DNA of 64,000 bases from an uncultured virus (IMG/VR IMGVR_UViG_3300034198_030405) (lineage: Duplodnaviria; Heunggongvirae; Uroviricota; Caudoviricetes). The notes beneath the pieces are model-generated. The model saw only the letters and a list, made by a program, of their open reading frames with translations, made no database searches and was not told the DNA's origin. The position numbers and the translations under genes were made by a program. The stretch lies in the IMG/VR virus record IMGVR_UViG_3300034198_030405; one strand, written 5' to 3'. How positions within the stretch are numbered: the first letter of the stretch is position 1; each line of letters opens with the position of its first letter. Of this stretch, positions 29,264 to 39,939 are shown piece by piece.

Positions 29264-31147
29264 GTGATTGATTATTCTTCAATAAAGTTTGGCTACACCG
29301 ATGGCAAAGACTTTACTCTTACAGGCTTTGACTACACGGGCTATTATCATATAGATAATGGCACTGTATATGCATCCAGACAACTTGAGGATAAAACACG
29401 TATATTAAATAATAAGCATACTTTTGCAGCAGATTTAATTGAATCAACTTTTTTTAGAGATCGGCTTCTCGTTGATGATATAACACTTCCATACAGCTTC
29501 AACAAGGATATTTTAATTGCAGCTAATGAAACCTGCAACGGTAGAGTACTCAATGATAGACTTCACAAATTATATACAAATACATTGTATGTGTATTCCA
29601 AGTGCTTCATTGCAAATAATGACATACCACAAGGCTTTGACCGTTCTGCAGGGTGTTTAAGTGCTGTACCAGCATGGATTCCGCAACAACTTACTGATCA
29701 AGTAACATTTGCACCACTATCGAGTGTTGGTTTAGATACGATTGGCAGCGCAATGCAGTTTAAAGCTGTCAAAATAAGTGATGATTTAGGATATGCTTTT
29801 TTAGGCATATCGCCAACTGCATTTGTTGCACTAAGTAGTGATATACATTTGAATACTTTTGATGTAACAAGCACCAACACATTTGTAGATGTAAACAGTG
29901 ACTTGCAATTCTTACAATTGAGTAGCTTTAGCATTGCTGGTGATTTTATGTATATTAGTGATGCAAAGCAAAACAATGTATACAAATATGATGTCTCTGG
30001 ATTCTTTAAAAACGATACACCAGTTACAAACAGAAGATATCTTGTTGCAGCAATTGGTGGCGAAGGCAATGCTCTTGCAAAAACAAAATTTAATTCACCA
30101 GGACTTGTCTATGCAAATGATGCAATCAACAGAGTGTATGTCTATGACAAGGGTAACAGATGCATTAAAATTTATGATACAAATTTATCATATATTACAA
30201 CACGTGCTGCAACAGCTGGTGTTTTATCAGATGTACGGGCCTTGGAATATAATGCTACATATAACAAGATGTATGTAATAATTGAAAAATTAGTCAGTAG
30301 ACAGAATATTTTACAAATTTGCAATGCGGATTTAATTGTTGAACAAGAATACATCATTAACGATGTATTGTTACCAGGTGAGTTTTTCAAGGGTATACAA
30401 TTCTCATGTAATGATAGCAACATCATGTATATGTCGACAAATACGAACATTTTTAAAAAATTTGTTAATACACCATTCAATACCATTGGTAAGTGGCTTT
30501 TTTATAAAAGTGGATTTGTTAATCGACACATTTGGAACAATGAATTTTCACGTTGGAATCGCGCAAGATGGCGCTGGAATGATGGGGGCATTGGAGTTAG
30601 AAGAGGTGTAATAGTAAATAGTTTCTGCTTGCTTCCAACTGATATGGATGTTGATGAAATTTTTATATTTGCAGGCTATAAAACTGAAACGTTCAATAGA
30701 ATCAATCACTACCTAGAAAACACACAATACACAACAGTGCTAGGAACCATTGATAGACAAAACTATAGTGTCAAAGATTTAAAATTTAATGACAAAGAAA
30801 TGATTCAAGCTTTCGTTTTTAACAAAGAGTTGCACAAAATACTCACAAATATTCTATACATTAAAAACTATTTGATGGGCAGGTATGCAGCAAGCTATGA
30901 TTACATTGGCAATTTAGTAAACAACGGTATAACTGGGTTCACACAACAGGAATTTGATAGTTTAGCCATAACTAATGTGAATAACTTGTATGTGCATGAC
31001 AATGAAATTGCATCAAGTGCAGGAACACTCAATAGAATCTTTGAACAAATTTGGAACATTCAAAATAGTGTATTAAATCTTACATCTACTAGAGTTCTCA
31101 ACTTTGTACCTTCCGTATCTGGATCACAGACTATCTTGTTAAACTAA
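29264..31147 (+). CDS. Virion protein with an NHL-type beta-propeller
   Basis: MYISDAKQNNVYKYD, IGGEG...KFNSP...VYVYDKGNRCIKIYD; GTG start after TAAATA-N5. Confidence 0.7.
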   Translation: MIDYSSIKFGYTDGKDFTLTGFDYTGYYHIDNGTVYASRQLEDKTRILNNKHTFAADLIESTFFRDRLLVDDITLPYSFNKDILIAANETCNGRVLNDRLHKLYTNTLYVYSKCFIANNDIPQGFDRSAGCLSAVPAWIPQQLTDQVTFAPLSSVGLDTIGSAMQFKAVKISDDLGYAFLGISPTAFVALSSDIHLNTFDVTSTNTFVDVNSDLQFLQLSSFSIAGDFMYISDAKQNNVYKYDVSGFFKNDTPVTNRRYLVAAIGGEGNALAKTKFNSPGLVYANDAINRVYVYDKGNRCIKIYDTNLSYITTRAATAGVLSDVRALEYNATYNKMYVIIEKLVSRQNILQICNADLIVEQEYIINDVLLPGEFFKGIQFSCNDSNIMYMSTNTNIFKKFVNTPFNTIGKWLFYKSGFVNRHIWNNEFSRWNRARWRWNDGGIGVRRGVIVNSFCLLPTDMDVDEIFIFAGYKTETFNRINHYLENTQYTTVLGTIDRQNYSVKDLKFNDKEMIQAFVFNKELHKILTNILYIKNYLMGRYAASYDYIGNLVNNGITGFTQQEFDSLAITNVNNLYVHDNEIASSAGTLNRIFEQIWNIQNSVLNLTSTRVLNFVPSVSGSQTILLN

Positions 31148-31169
31148 CAACACCATATAAATAACAACA

Positions 31170-32792
31170 ATGCCACAAAATCTCCTCGATCAAACAGTTG
31201 AATCAACATACCAGGGTGTATTGCATGCTGAGGGTGCAGCATTACCTATACAAGGCAATCAAATCATCTATGATGGAAGCGGTCAAGCTTCTGCCCTTGC
31301 ATTGGGTGTTTTGGGCAATGGTGCTGAAATTGCAGGAGGTCTGTCTATTTCTGGCAGGCTATCAAGCGGCATACTTGAATTTACAAATGTTGATGCTGCA
31401 TCTGGTCGAGGATTTCCGCTTGTAACAGATGGTAGCGGCAATGTAGACTTTGGACAAATTACAGTGGATGCATTGCCTGATTTGGATCCTGATCCACAAG
31501 GATCGTACGATCAAATTGATACCATTGTGTTAAACAGCAAGGGGTTGGTTGAGCAGGTGTATGAGAGTCCCATACGCCAATGTTGGGTAAATTTTGACGG
31601 CAAACCCATTACTGCTGTTACATATACCATTGTCCAAGATATAAGTAGCAAATTGGTTAGTTGTAATAAGGGGAGTCACGGTCTTGCAAACGGTCAAATT
31701 ATTAGCTTAACAGCAACTGATGCAAAATTAAATGGCGCTTACCCAGTCACTGTTGATAGCCCGGGCACTTTTTCCTTTCCTCTACCTGAAGTAGTTGATC
31801 CTTTGGCAAATTCAGGCACTCTTGCAATTAGTACAACCATAAGATCATCATACAACATCGATAAAGTAACGAGAAATAAAGCGGGTAATTATACTGTATG
31901 GTTTAATAACACGTTTAATAACAACAGCTATATGGTGCAGGTCACCAAGGGTTCTCATGTTAACCCTGCTGATAATCCTGCATCCCCTGCAACAGGTAAT
32001 AATGGTTGGACAACTGTTTTAGAACAATTGCCGGACAGAGTGAAAGTATTCAGTCAAAATGGTGACTGCACCAACATGAATGTCTTAGTCATAGGAAATA
32101 CACTCATCTATGAAGTTGATCAACCTCAGTTATTTTATACTACTTATTCATATGAAAATTACTACGAAATACTTAATGCTTTGCCACAACGCTGCACTAT
32201 AGACTCTGGTGACCATACATATCTCATTGATGCTAATTATATGAGACAGAATAAACTCATTGCTGTTGAAATTTCCATACGAGGTAGTGATGCATCATCC
32301 GCTGGTTTTTATAAAATGTCTATGAATACTAGTGTGGTAGGTGTAGATGATAATACATATAATTCATCATTTAAAAGAACAACAGGCATAGGGGATGTAA
32401 TTTATGGTCGCCTTGACCGATGCACCGCGATAATTTTATATCTTGATAATAAACTGTATTATAAGAACTTTTATATAGGTATAAATGATGTAGTAACAAC
32501 AATCATGGATTATAGAACAAAAGATGTAAACATTCCGCCACAACCTGATAGGCGTTTCTTAGAAAAGTGCTATAAAAATAAATTTGCTGCTAAGGCTACA
32601 ACATCATCATATCTTACAACTATAATTAACAAATACGGCTTGTATTCTCCATCTATAAGGCCAGATGGGTTTAGAGAGATTAAATCTGCTAGTGTTACAA
32701 CTAATCTTTTTGCAAGTTATAGCGGTTATTCTTGGAGTTATATGTTAGCTTTCAAGTATATCAAAAAGTTTTATATTCCACAGCCCTCCTAA
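31170..32792 (+). CDS. Tail fibre / receptor-binding protein
   Basis: LVTDGSGNVDF, CWVNFDG...IRSSYNIDKVTRNKAGNYTVWF are fibre-type motifs; unique C-terminal domain. Confidence 0.7.
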   Translation: MPQNLLDQTVESTYQGVLHAEGAALPIQGNQIIYDGSGQASALALGVLGNGAEIAGGLSISGRLSSGILEFTNVDAASGRGFPLVTDGSGNVDFGQITVDALPDLDPDPQGSYDQIDTIVLNSKGLVEQVYESPIRQCWVNFDGKPITAVTYTIVQDISSKLVSCNKGSHGLANGQIISLTATDAKLNGAYPVTVDSPGTFSFPLPEVVDPLANSGTLAISTTIRSSYNIDKVTRNKAGNYTVWFNNTFNNNSYMVQVTKGSHVNPADNPASPATGNNGWTTVLEQLPDRVKVFSQNGDCTNMNVLVIGNTLIYEVDQPQLFYTTYSYENYYEILNALPQRCTIDSGDHTYLIDANYMRQNKLIAVEISIRGSDASSAGFYKMSMNTSVVGVDDNTYNSSFKRTTGIGDVIYGRLDRCTAIILYLDNKLYYKNFYIGINDVVTTIMDYRTKDVNIPPQPDRRFLEKCYKNKFAAKATTSSYLTTIINKYGLYSPSIRPDGFREIKSASVTTNLFASYSGYSWSYMLAFKYIKKFYIPQPS

Positions 32793-32795
32793 CTT

Positions 32796-33884
32796 ATGCC
32801 TGACATTAAAATTATTAAACTCAAATTGCGCCGCGGTCTTGAATCTCAAAGACTACTGATTACTCTTGATCAGGGAGAATTAGGATATACCATTGATTCA
32901 AAACGTGTCTTTGTGGGTGATGGTGCTACAGTAGGTGGAATTGCGGTGGGATCTAAAGCCTTTACACCAATTGTAGCTAACAAGACTGCTCTTGCTGCTG
33001 TTCAAGGTGATATCGTGTTGGAAAATAGTTTACTATACCAACTCACAGGTACAAAAGCAACACAGACATCTGCATGGAAATACATTGGACCACAGGCTGA
33101 TAATACGACCATCATTTTTAATGCATCTAATAAACTCACTATCAATACAGCAAGCCCATTGCTTGTTTATGCATCTGGTGGACTTGCTGCGACATCACAA
33201 GGCTTGAGTGCTAATGTGGATAATTCTACAATTACTATCAATAATGCAACAAATAAAATTAATGTTGGTACCATTAATAACACCAACATTAATGTTTCTA
33301 CACTTGCAGGCTACGGTTTAGGTGCAACCGCTGCAAAGACACTCAGCGCTAATGTTGATAATGCAACCATCATTTTAAATGCATTCAATCAAATTGCTGT
33401 AAATCCTTTAACCCCATTACTTGTTTATGCATTTGGTGGGATTGCTGCTACAGCTCAAGGTTTAAGTGCAAAAGTTGATAATGCAACTGTTGTTATAAAT
33501 GCATCAAATCAAATCGCAGTAAACACGTCAAGCTCATTGCTTGTTTATGCATCTGGCGGGCTTGCTGCTACAGCTCAAGGACTGAGTGCAAAAGTTGATA
33601 ATGCTTCTATTCAAATTAAGAGCAATACCATTGCTTTGTCTTCTCTATATAATGCTGCGCGTCTGCCATTGAGTTCTTATGGCAATGCTTTTGGAGGCTT
33701 TTACAATCAATTTCCAACAGGCACAAAACGAGGCACAACACAGTATGTTGCATCAACTGGCACAGGGTCAGCAACATATACATTATCTTCTGCCGGCTTC
33801 ATCGTAGTTGACATGGGGCCACCATTTGGTAAAAAAGCAATTCCCGTGTTTGATATACCTAGCGAATTGCAGGCTCTTAGCTAA
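32796..33884 (+). CDS. Fibre protein with an Mtd N-terminal-like domain and internal repeats
   Basis: KLKLRRG...GELGYTIDSKRVFVGDG; repeats of LLVYAxGGxAATxQGLSAxVDN. Confidence 0.7.
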   Translation: MPDIKIIKLKLRRGLESQRLLITLDQGELGYTIDSKRVFVGDGATVGGIAVGSKAFTPIVANKTALAAVQGDIVLENSLLYQLTGTKATQTSAWKYIGPQADNTTIIFNASNKLTINTASPLLVYASGGLAATSQGLSANVDNSTITINNATNKINVGTINNTNINVSTLAGYGLGATAAKTLSANVDNATIILNAFNQIAVNPLTPLLVYAFGGIAATAQGLSAKVDNATVVINASNQIAVNTSSSLLVYASGGLAATAQGLSAKVDNASIQIKSNTIALSSLYNAARLPLSSYGNAFGGFYNQFPTGTKRGTTQYVASTGTGSATYTLSSAGFIVVDMGPPFGKKAIPVFDIPSELQALS

Positions 33885-33892
33885 ATATAAGC

Positions 33893-36496
33893 ATGAGCAA
33901 TAGTGCTGGTAAAATTGAAATTACAGAAAATACTCTTTTAAAATTGTTGATCCGTCGTGGGTCAAATGTTGAGCGTCAAAACATCACACTCTCAGAAGGT
34001 GAGCTGGGGTATACTGTTGATACACGTAGATTGTTTGTTGGAGATGGTGTCACAACTGGCGCTAATCCGACATCTTTGATGTTATACTTTGGTACATATC
34101 ATCCGTATACATGGGCATCAGAGGCAGTTGTAGGAGATGTTGCATATGATGCGATAGCAGGTGGCATATATCGTCTTACAGCTGCACCACCCAATGTTCA
34201 GAGCAATTGGACATTATATTCAGGCCCGCTTGCAAATCGAGTGGATAATGAAACATTGCAACTCAATGCATCTACAGGCACAATGTCAGTCAAAGCTGTG
34301 AGTGCTTTGCAACTTGATCCTGAACTTGCAGGGCAGGGTCTTGAATTTAATGGCACAAGAGCATTGCAGACTGCTGCTGATCAGCAATTAGATTCCATTG
34401 CTGCTCGCAACAATGCATATTTACAGCTTCCAAAATCAATTCAATTTGGCACACAAGGTGGTTCATCTGTTTTTAAACTACCGTCTTATGATGGTGCTTT
34501 TGGTTCTGTCTTAACGACTGATGGATTAGGCAATTTGACGCTTGCATCGCCCAGTACATATCAGACGCAATACATAGTGTTGAGTAGCAATCAAGTACCA
34601 GTTGGTAGCATCGTTCCTTTTGGCTCTGGTGGCAATTTTAATGCAATTAGCTCAACAGTTCCACATGGATATTTCTTGTGTGATGGATCTACAAAAAATG
34701 GTACAACTTATGCTGCTTTGTGTGCTGCCATTGGCCAATACTATGGTGGAGTAGCTCCTAACTTTAAAGTTCCTTTGCTTACTGCAGGTAACTTCGTTTA
34801 CATCATCAAACATCTTGAAGACCAGATTTTTGGTATATCAAATGTTGCCATAGATAATGTATCTCTTACAGCATATGATGCAACAAATGCATCATCCACA
34901 GCAACACTTGTATTTCCCAACTCTGGCATCTCTTACCAATTGGGCATAAAAGATTATATTGGCGGTACACAAGTTCAAGCGCAAATTGCAGCTCTAAGTG
35001 CTTTGCTTCTCCGAGATCCAAAATATGCCGGACGTATAATTATACCCACACTCAATACAGGTACTACTATGGTTTGTGTTGACCACGGTTTTTTACTTGA
35101 TGCAGCGGGCAATATACGTGCTGCTGGCTACTCTGGCGGCCCCGCTGGTACACCGCCATATGGATCATCAATTGGCTATGGAAACATTACTACAAATGTA
35201 TCGCTGTTTTTCCCTGTTGCAATTGGGCTAAGTGCAAATGAAGTCGCAATAAGTGCTTATTCAATCGGTGACTTTAGTGCAATTCTTACAAGTGAGGGTA
35301 ATATTTTTACAGCAGGTAATAGTGCAAATGGGACACTCGGTCTCGGCGGCACAACTGTACAAAATACATTTGCTCAAATTAATCCATCATATTTTAACTA
35401 TGAAAAGGTAACTCAAATTGCAGGCTCTTATACAAATGGAGCAGATAGATATCCTGAAGTAGGTATGTTTGCTATTACTGAATCAGGCAACTTATATGGG
35501 TGGGGCAGGAATGATAGTGGTGTACTAGGCATAGGAACCACCACTGCAAGTCAAACAACACCAATTAAAATAAACGGAACTGCTTATATGCAGGGCAGCA
35601 ACTATTCTAGTTTGAGTAATGTGCAGGTCAAAAAAGTCACAACAAGCAATAATGGCGCAAATCAGTTTGCATTTGTCATTGATGAAAATGATGAGCTGCA
35701 TTCATGTGGGAATAATCAGAATGGCAATCTTGGCCTGACCAACAGTACAAATCGTACTATTTTCTATAAAGTTTCTGCAAATATTGGCTCACTATCAGTA
35801 CGAGATGTTTTTGTAGGTGGTTATAGTACCAACTCAAATTCATATATTATTACCGGTGATGAAAGATATTTATGGAGTACAGGGAGTTACGAAAGTGGTG
35901 CTCTAGGCAGGGGCAGTGTTGCTGTAAATCAAACTACCTTTAAGCCGGTATCAAGTGTTTCAGGATCATTGCAGCTTTCCGGTGTTTCTTATCTTGCATT
36001 AAATGCAGATAGCACAAATCTTATTAGCGTTATGGCTCTGCTTCAGGATAATTCATTGGTAGGTTGGGGCGAAAATGGCTCTTACCAGCTTGGTACTATT
36101 AATAATATTGATAGCAATATTCCTATTAGACCACTAGCACCATTTACAGGTATTAAAAAAATTCAATATCATAGCGATACTTTGTTTATGCTAACAACCG
36201 CAGGTGAAATGTATACCGTTGGCGGGGCAAACGGTGATGGTATTGCTGGTAATGGTACGACTACAGCAGCGACCACAAAGAAGAGAGTAGCAAAAATTCA
36301 ACGTGTTAAATTTGATGATTTTGTCGTTGTGGGGTTTACTAGTGCTAGTTCTCCTTATTATTATAGAACAGTGTATGCCATTACGGATGATCCTGTCAGA
36401 AGAGTATTCTACACATGGGGGAGAAATAATGCCGGGCAGTGCGGGGTAACCACAACTATGAACCCCATTCTCATTCCTATTGAAATACCACTCTAA
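33893..36496 (+). CDS. Fibre protein: Mtd-N-like domain + tail collar + RCC1 beta-propeller
   Basis: IRRG...GELGYTVDTRRLFVGDG; VPVGSIVPF...VPHGYFLCDG; multiple RCC1 repeats (GNLYGWGRNDSGVLGIG, WGENGSYQLG, WGRNNAGQCG). Confidence 0.85.
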   Translation: MSNSAGKIEITENTLLKLLIRRGSNVERQNITLSEGELGYTVDTRRLFVGDGVTTGANPTSLMLYFGTYHPYTWASEAVVGDVAYDAIAGGIYRLTAAPPNVQSNWTLYSGPLANRVDNETLQLNASTGTMSVKAVSALQLDPELAGQGLEFNGTRALQTAADQQLDSIAARNNAYLQLPKSIQFGTQGGSSVFKLPSYDGAFGSVLTTDGLGNLTLASPSTYQTQYIVLSSNQVPVGSIVPFGSGGNFNAISSTVPHGYFLCDGSTKNGTTYAALCAAIGQYYGGVAPNFKVPLLTAGNFVYIIKHLEDQIFGISNVAIDNVSLTAYDATNASSTATLVFPNSGISYQLGIKDYIGGTQVQAQIAALSALLLRDPKYAGRIIIPTLNTGTTMVCVDHGFLLDAAGNIRAAGYSGGPAGTPPYGSSIGYGNITTNVSLFFPVAIGLSANEVAISAYSIGDFSAILTSEGNIFTAGNSANGTLGLGGTTVQNTFAQINPSYFNYEKVTQIAGSYTNGADRYPEVGMFAITESGNLYGWGRNDSGVLGIGTTTASQTTPIKINGTAYMQGSNYSSLSNVQVKKVTTSNNGANQFAFVIDENDELHSCGNNQNGNLGLTNSTNRTIFYKVSANIGSLSVRDVFVGGYSTNSNSYIITGDERYLWSTGSYESGALGRGSVAVNQTTFKPVSSVSGSLQLSGVSYLALNADSTNLISVMALLQDNSLVGWGENGSYQLGTINNIDSNIPIRPLAPFTGIKKIQYHSDTLFMLTTAGEMYTVGGANGDGIAGNGTTTAATTKKRVAKIQRVKFDDFVVVGFTSASSPYYYRTVYAITDDPVRRVFYTWGRNNAGQCGVTTTMNPILIPIEIPL

Positions 36497-36499
36497 TAG

Positions 36500-38287
36500 A
36501 TGCCAACATTAATATCAACCTCTGCATTTGCAGCAAGTATAGTGCACAATAAAGCACTAAATGCTTACCAAGACATTGTTTGGTCCCTGCAGTATGCGCT
36601 ATGCGGTGCCAATGTGCAGGGTGGGTTTTGTACATTCTTATATGATGCACGTGTACCCATGCTCACCGGTGGGGGCATTGGTTCTTCACTGGGATATGCA
36701 CCAAGTCAAGACTATACCGGCTTTGCTTCTCTTTCAGGGCTAAGTGGTGCGGTTTTGGGCATTGGGTTTGATACACATGGTCAATTTGCATTATCTGGCA
36801 ATGGCAAAACCACAGGGATAGCATCTAATTATGGTCCTGCCATTACCATTAGAACAGGATCCAATTTTACATATCTAACATCCATTGCACTATCATCTCT
36901 AGACTCTGCATTTGCATTTACAAGTTCCGGGCTTGTGTTTAATACATTGAGATTTAGACTGCATGATGCAGGATCTGCCATTGAGATCGCGCGATTCATT
37001 GATGATTCATACACCGTGATACTTGACTGTCCTGTTTCAATCAATGCATCAACTTCTTCTTTTTACAAGGCAGGCGTATCATATGCAGCTCCTCTGTGTG
37101 GCATTGCCACAGGTGCTAAATTTGGTATAAAGAATTTTCATGTTGAGGGAGCTGATGATTTACCAGTAATATCAACCCCCCCACCACCAACAATATACAG
37201 ATTTCCTGTTGTTCAAAATCTTTCATTTGAAACACCAGAATCAATTAGGCTGCGTGCTCCTGCAACTACAAGTCTCATTGGACCATATGTGCCTATTCAG
37301 CCACCTGTTCCAGATGCAGTATATGCATGCAAGGATCTTTGCTTGGATCCGTTTGTATTGGTTCTTGTTTTGGATCAAACAGATTCCATAGGAACATATA
37401 GTGCACAGCTTGGGCTACAAGTGCTTAAAGAATATGCATATACAGGTGCCGTTAAAAAGGTATCCATTATTTCTTTTGGTGACAAAGTGTGTCCACAGAC
37501 AATTACATTTGATAATACCATTCAAGAGGCAATAGACTTTCTGCAGCAGGCATCTAGCAATGCGGGACCGCTTTACTGTGATGGTGGCAGTGATATGCCA
37601 GAAAATGGCATTGATGCACTGTTTCAAGCAGCAAATATTTTAAGAGATTATAAAACTAGCTACAACAAGTACATCTATTTTGTAACCGATACAGCAGATT
37701 TTAATAATAATACAGTTGGTGCATTTAGTGCTGATGCTGCAATCAATGCTTATTGTGACAAGGCATGGATGATTATTGGTGGCATCTATCAAGATGCCAA
37801 TAATCTGTATGCTGATTATATTGCTGAGTCAACAGTTGTAAAATATGATTATTTCCCAAGCTGCATAGCATCTTTTGAGGCGTACTGTGATGCACCAGTT
37901 CGTAGTGCAGGTGTTAAAGGTGTGCATAATTATACGTTCAACGGCGGAACACAAACAGGACCGTATAACATTATATACAGCAATACAAATGCACCTGCAC
38001 GGTTCACAGTAAGTTGGGGTCCCTCAATAACTGGTACGTGCTTCATAGGCGATCAAACATATAATGCTGCACTCACCGCACTTGGATATTCACCCATTGC
38101 TGCACCAAAGCTTACTACTACTACACCAGAGATCACTGCTATGCCTGCACTTACTGCTATGCCTGCACTCACCGGTGTACTTACCATATCTAAAGCAAGG
38201 GAAACACCATCTGATATTAAGATTGTAGTTGAGTCGCCATTTGATGGTTCAAATTGGCAATTTGAAGTTAAGTGCTATGGTGAATAA
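36500..38287 (+). CDS. Legume-lectin-like domain + vWA domain protein (putative adhesin)
   Basis: GGFCTFLYD...GSSLGY...LGIGFDTHG is lectin-like; Pro-rich linker; VLVLDQTDS...GGSDMPENGIDAL...YFVTD is vWA. Confidence 0.7.
   Translation: MPTLISTSAFAASIVHNKALNAYQDIVWSLQYALCGANVQGGFCTFLYDARVPMLTGGGIGSSLGYAPSQDYTGFASLSGLSGAVLGIGFDTHGQFALSGNGKTTGIASNYGPAITIRTGSNFTYLTSIALSSLDSAFAFTSSGLVFNTLRFRLHDAGSAIEIARFIDDSYTVILDCPVSINASTSSFYKAGVSYAAPLCGIATGAKFGIKNFHVEGADDLPVISTPPPPTIYRFPVVQNLSFETPESIRLRAPATTSLIGPYVPIQPPVPDAVYACKDLCLDPFVLVLVLDQTDSIGTYSAQLGLQVLKEYAYTGAVKKVSIISFGDKVCPQTITFDNTIQEAIDFLQQASSNAGPLYCDGGSDMPENGIDALFQAANILRDYKTSYNKYIYFVTDTADFNNNTVGAFSADAAINAYCDKAWMIIGGIYQDANNLYADYIAESTVVKYDYFPSCIASFEAYCDAPVRSAGVKGVHNYTFNGGTQTGPYNIIYSNTNAPARFTVSWGPSITGTCFIGDQTYNAALTALGYSPIAAPKLTTTTPEITAMPALTAMPALTGVLTISKARETPSDIKIVVESPFDGSNWQFEVKCYGE
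38135..38169 (+). repeat. 18-bp-period tandem duplication (TAMPAL x2)
   Basis: actgctatgcctgcact occurs at 38135 and 38153. Confidence 0.85.
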
Positions 38288-38316
38288 TATAGCATTACAA
38301 ATAATAATTAAATATT

Positions 38317-39351
38317 ATGTCGGTCATAGCAATTACAACTCAAAATCAGCTAAGTATCCGTGCTAGGCATTTTATAAACACTCTTAAACACCGTGGACAT
38401 CAAATAATAGACCACCCGGAATGTATTAAAAATCCGCCACAAGCAGATATTTGGATATTTGAATATCTTTACAATCTTCCGAACTATGATATTAATCAAA
38501 TGCGACTTCAGTATTGGCTTCCACAATTTAAGCAATTTAATGGAAAAATAGCGCTGATGTGTTTAAATGATACATGTCATTTGTATTCAAAAAAATATTC
38601 TCACGAGCTAGTAGAAAATGTTGATTGTGTAATTAGTTTTTTAAAGTACTCTGCAGATAGTTTTCATGGTGCAAATATCAGTGATAAAATGGTACTTTTA
38701 CCTCGATATACATTGCATGAAGATCTGCTGCCTAAATGTAATAATCCGCGCGATAATAAAATTTTCTTTGTTGGACGATTGACGGGTGGAGATTTCTTTG
38801 ATGGAAAAAATTATCGCATAGAAGCATTTAAAAAAATATATGATAATGAGTTAATAAAGCAAAATTTTAGAGGATGGCTATGTACAGATCCTAAACACCA
38901 ACTATCACCTAAACTATTAGAAAATATAAATTATGTGCATAGTTTAGTAGGAGGCAGACCAGATGTTTTGACAGATGAGAAATATTATGAATATCTCTTA
39001 AAATATCAAATATCATTATGCCTTCCTGGTAATACAGCGTGGGGATATAGACATCTTCAGTCACTCATTTGCAAAAATACTATTATATCTTATCCATTGG
39101 AGGATGATCCTGGGGAGTGGCTTTTTCAAGATAAGTTTAATGATTCTTTTTATTTTATTGAAAAGGATTTATGTAATTTTAATGATGTATTGTTGTATGC
39201 TTTAAACAATCCTGATGAAAATATACATCGTGCAGGTAAATCATACGATGCATATTTAAACTATTTTAAACTACAAAATAATACAATATATCAGGATAGT
39301 GTTTGGGATATTGTAGATAATTCACTTCAGCAATGTGGCATCAAGCTCTGA
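38317..39351 (+). CDS. Putative glycosyltransferase (GT-B; GT90/GT47-like C-terminus)
   Basis: KIFFVGRLTG...YR, and YYEYLLKYQISLCLPGNTAWGYRHLQSL. Confidence 0.6.
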   Translation: MSVIAITTQNQLSIRARHFINTLKHRGHQIIDHPECIKNPPQADIWIFEYLYNLPNYDINQMRLQYWLPQFKQFNGKIALMCLNDTCHLYSKKYSHELVENVDCVISFLKYSADSFHGANISDKMVLLPRYTLHEDLLPKCNNPRDNKIFFVGRLTGGDFFDGKNYRIEAFKKIYDNELIKQNFRGWLCTDPKHQLSPKLLENINYVHSLVGGRPDVLTDEKYYEYLLKYQISLCLPGNTAWGYRHLQSLICKNTIISYPLEDDPGEWLFQDKFNDSFYFIEKDLCNFNDVLLYALNNPDENIHRAGKSYDAYLNYFKLQNNTIYQDSVWDIVDNSLQQCGIKL

Positions 39352-39939
39352 TATAAGTGTAACAGGATCACAAATATTTAAAATAGTATCCTTATTATCA
39401 TAAAAGAATTGCCAGTTGAGCAAATTATTATGAATATGCATTATATGCTTATTATGTTCTTTTGTAATAAACGTTAAGCCTGTCTCTATTGCAAGTGTTC
39501 TGCATGTTACATCTTCTCTCGATCTCATAGTACATACTGCTTTCCATACATCACCGGTCCATCCACCGTTAAATTGTTTTGACGAGCGTGCTGCAGAAAG
39601 CGGTACCATTTGCATGTTTTCTGTATATGGCATACTATCATGCAAAATTATCATTCCGCTACTGTTGAGAAACTTAAGAGAATTTTCTATATCTCTCATT
39701 ACGTAATCATACATATGCATACCATCAATAAATATAATATCAAAAAGTACTTTATTGAATATAAAAAAATCATCACTTTTACAGTTGACTGTGCCACCGC
39801 CACTCCTTGGCTCTACACCTTCTTTTAAATCAACTATAATCTTATTAAAATTTTTATTTACTTCGCATCCGATCTCTAAGTAAGATTTAAAATTATACCT
39901 TGAAATCATATAATTTATAGTTTCGTGCCGATTTTTCAT
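39322..39939 (-). CDS. Class I SAM-dependent methyltransferase (Methyltransf_24-like)
   Basis: YLEIGC, SDDFF, FDIIFIDGMH...DIENSL...GMIILHD, WTGDVWKA. Confidence 0.85.
   Translation of the reverse strand: MKNRHETINYMISRYNFKSYLEIGCEVNKNFNKIIVDLKEGVEPRSGGGTVNCKSDDFFIFNKVLFDIIFIDGMHMYDYVMRDIENSLKFLNSSGMIILHDSMPYTENMQMVPLSAARSSKQFNGGWTGDVWKAVCTMRSREDVTCRTLAIETGLTFITKEHNKHIMHIHNNLLNWQFFYDNKDTILNICDPVTLISELDATLLK

Noticed and set aside
32796..36496. Diversity-generating retroelement implied by the Mtd-N-like domains
   Set aside because: No reverse transcriptase and no adenine-mismatched TR/VR pair is visible in the window.
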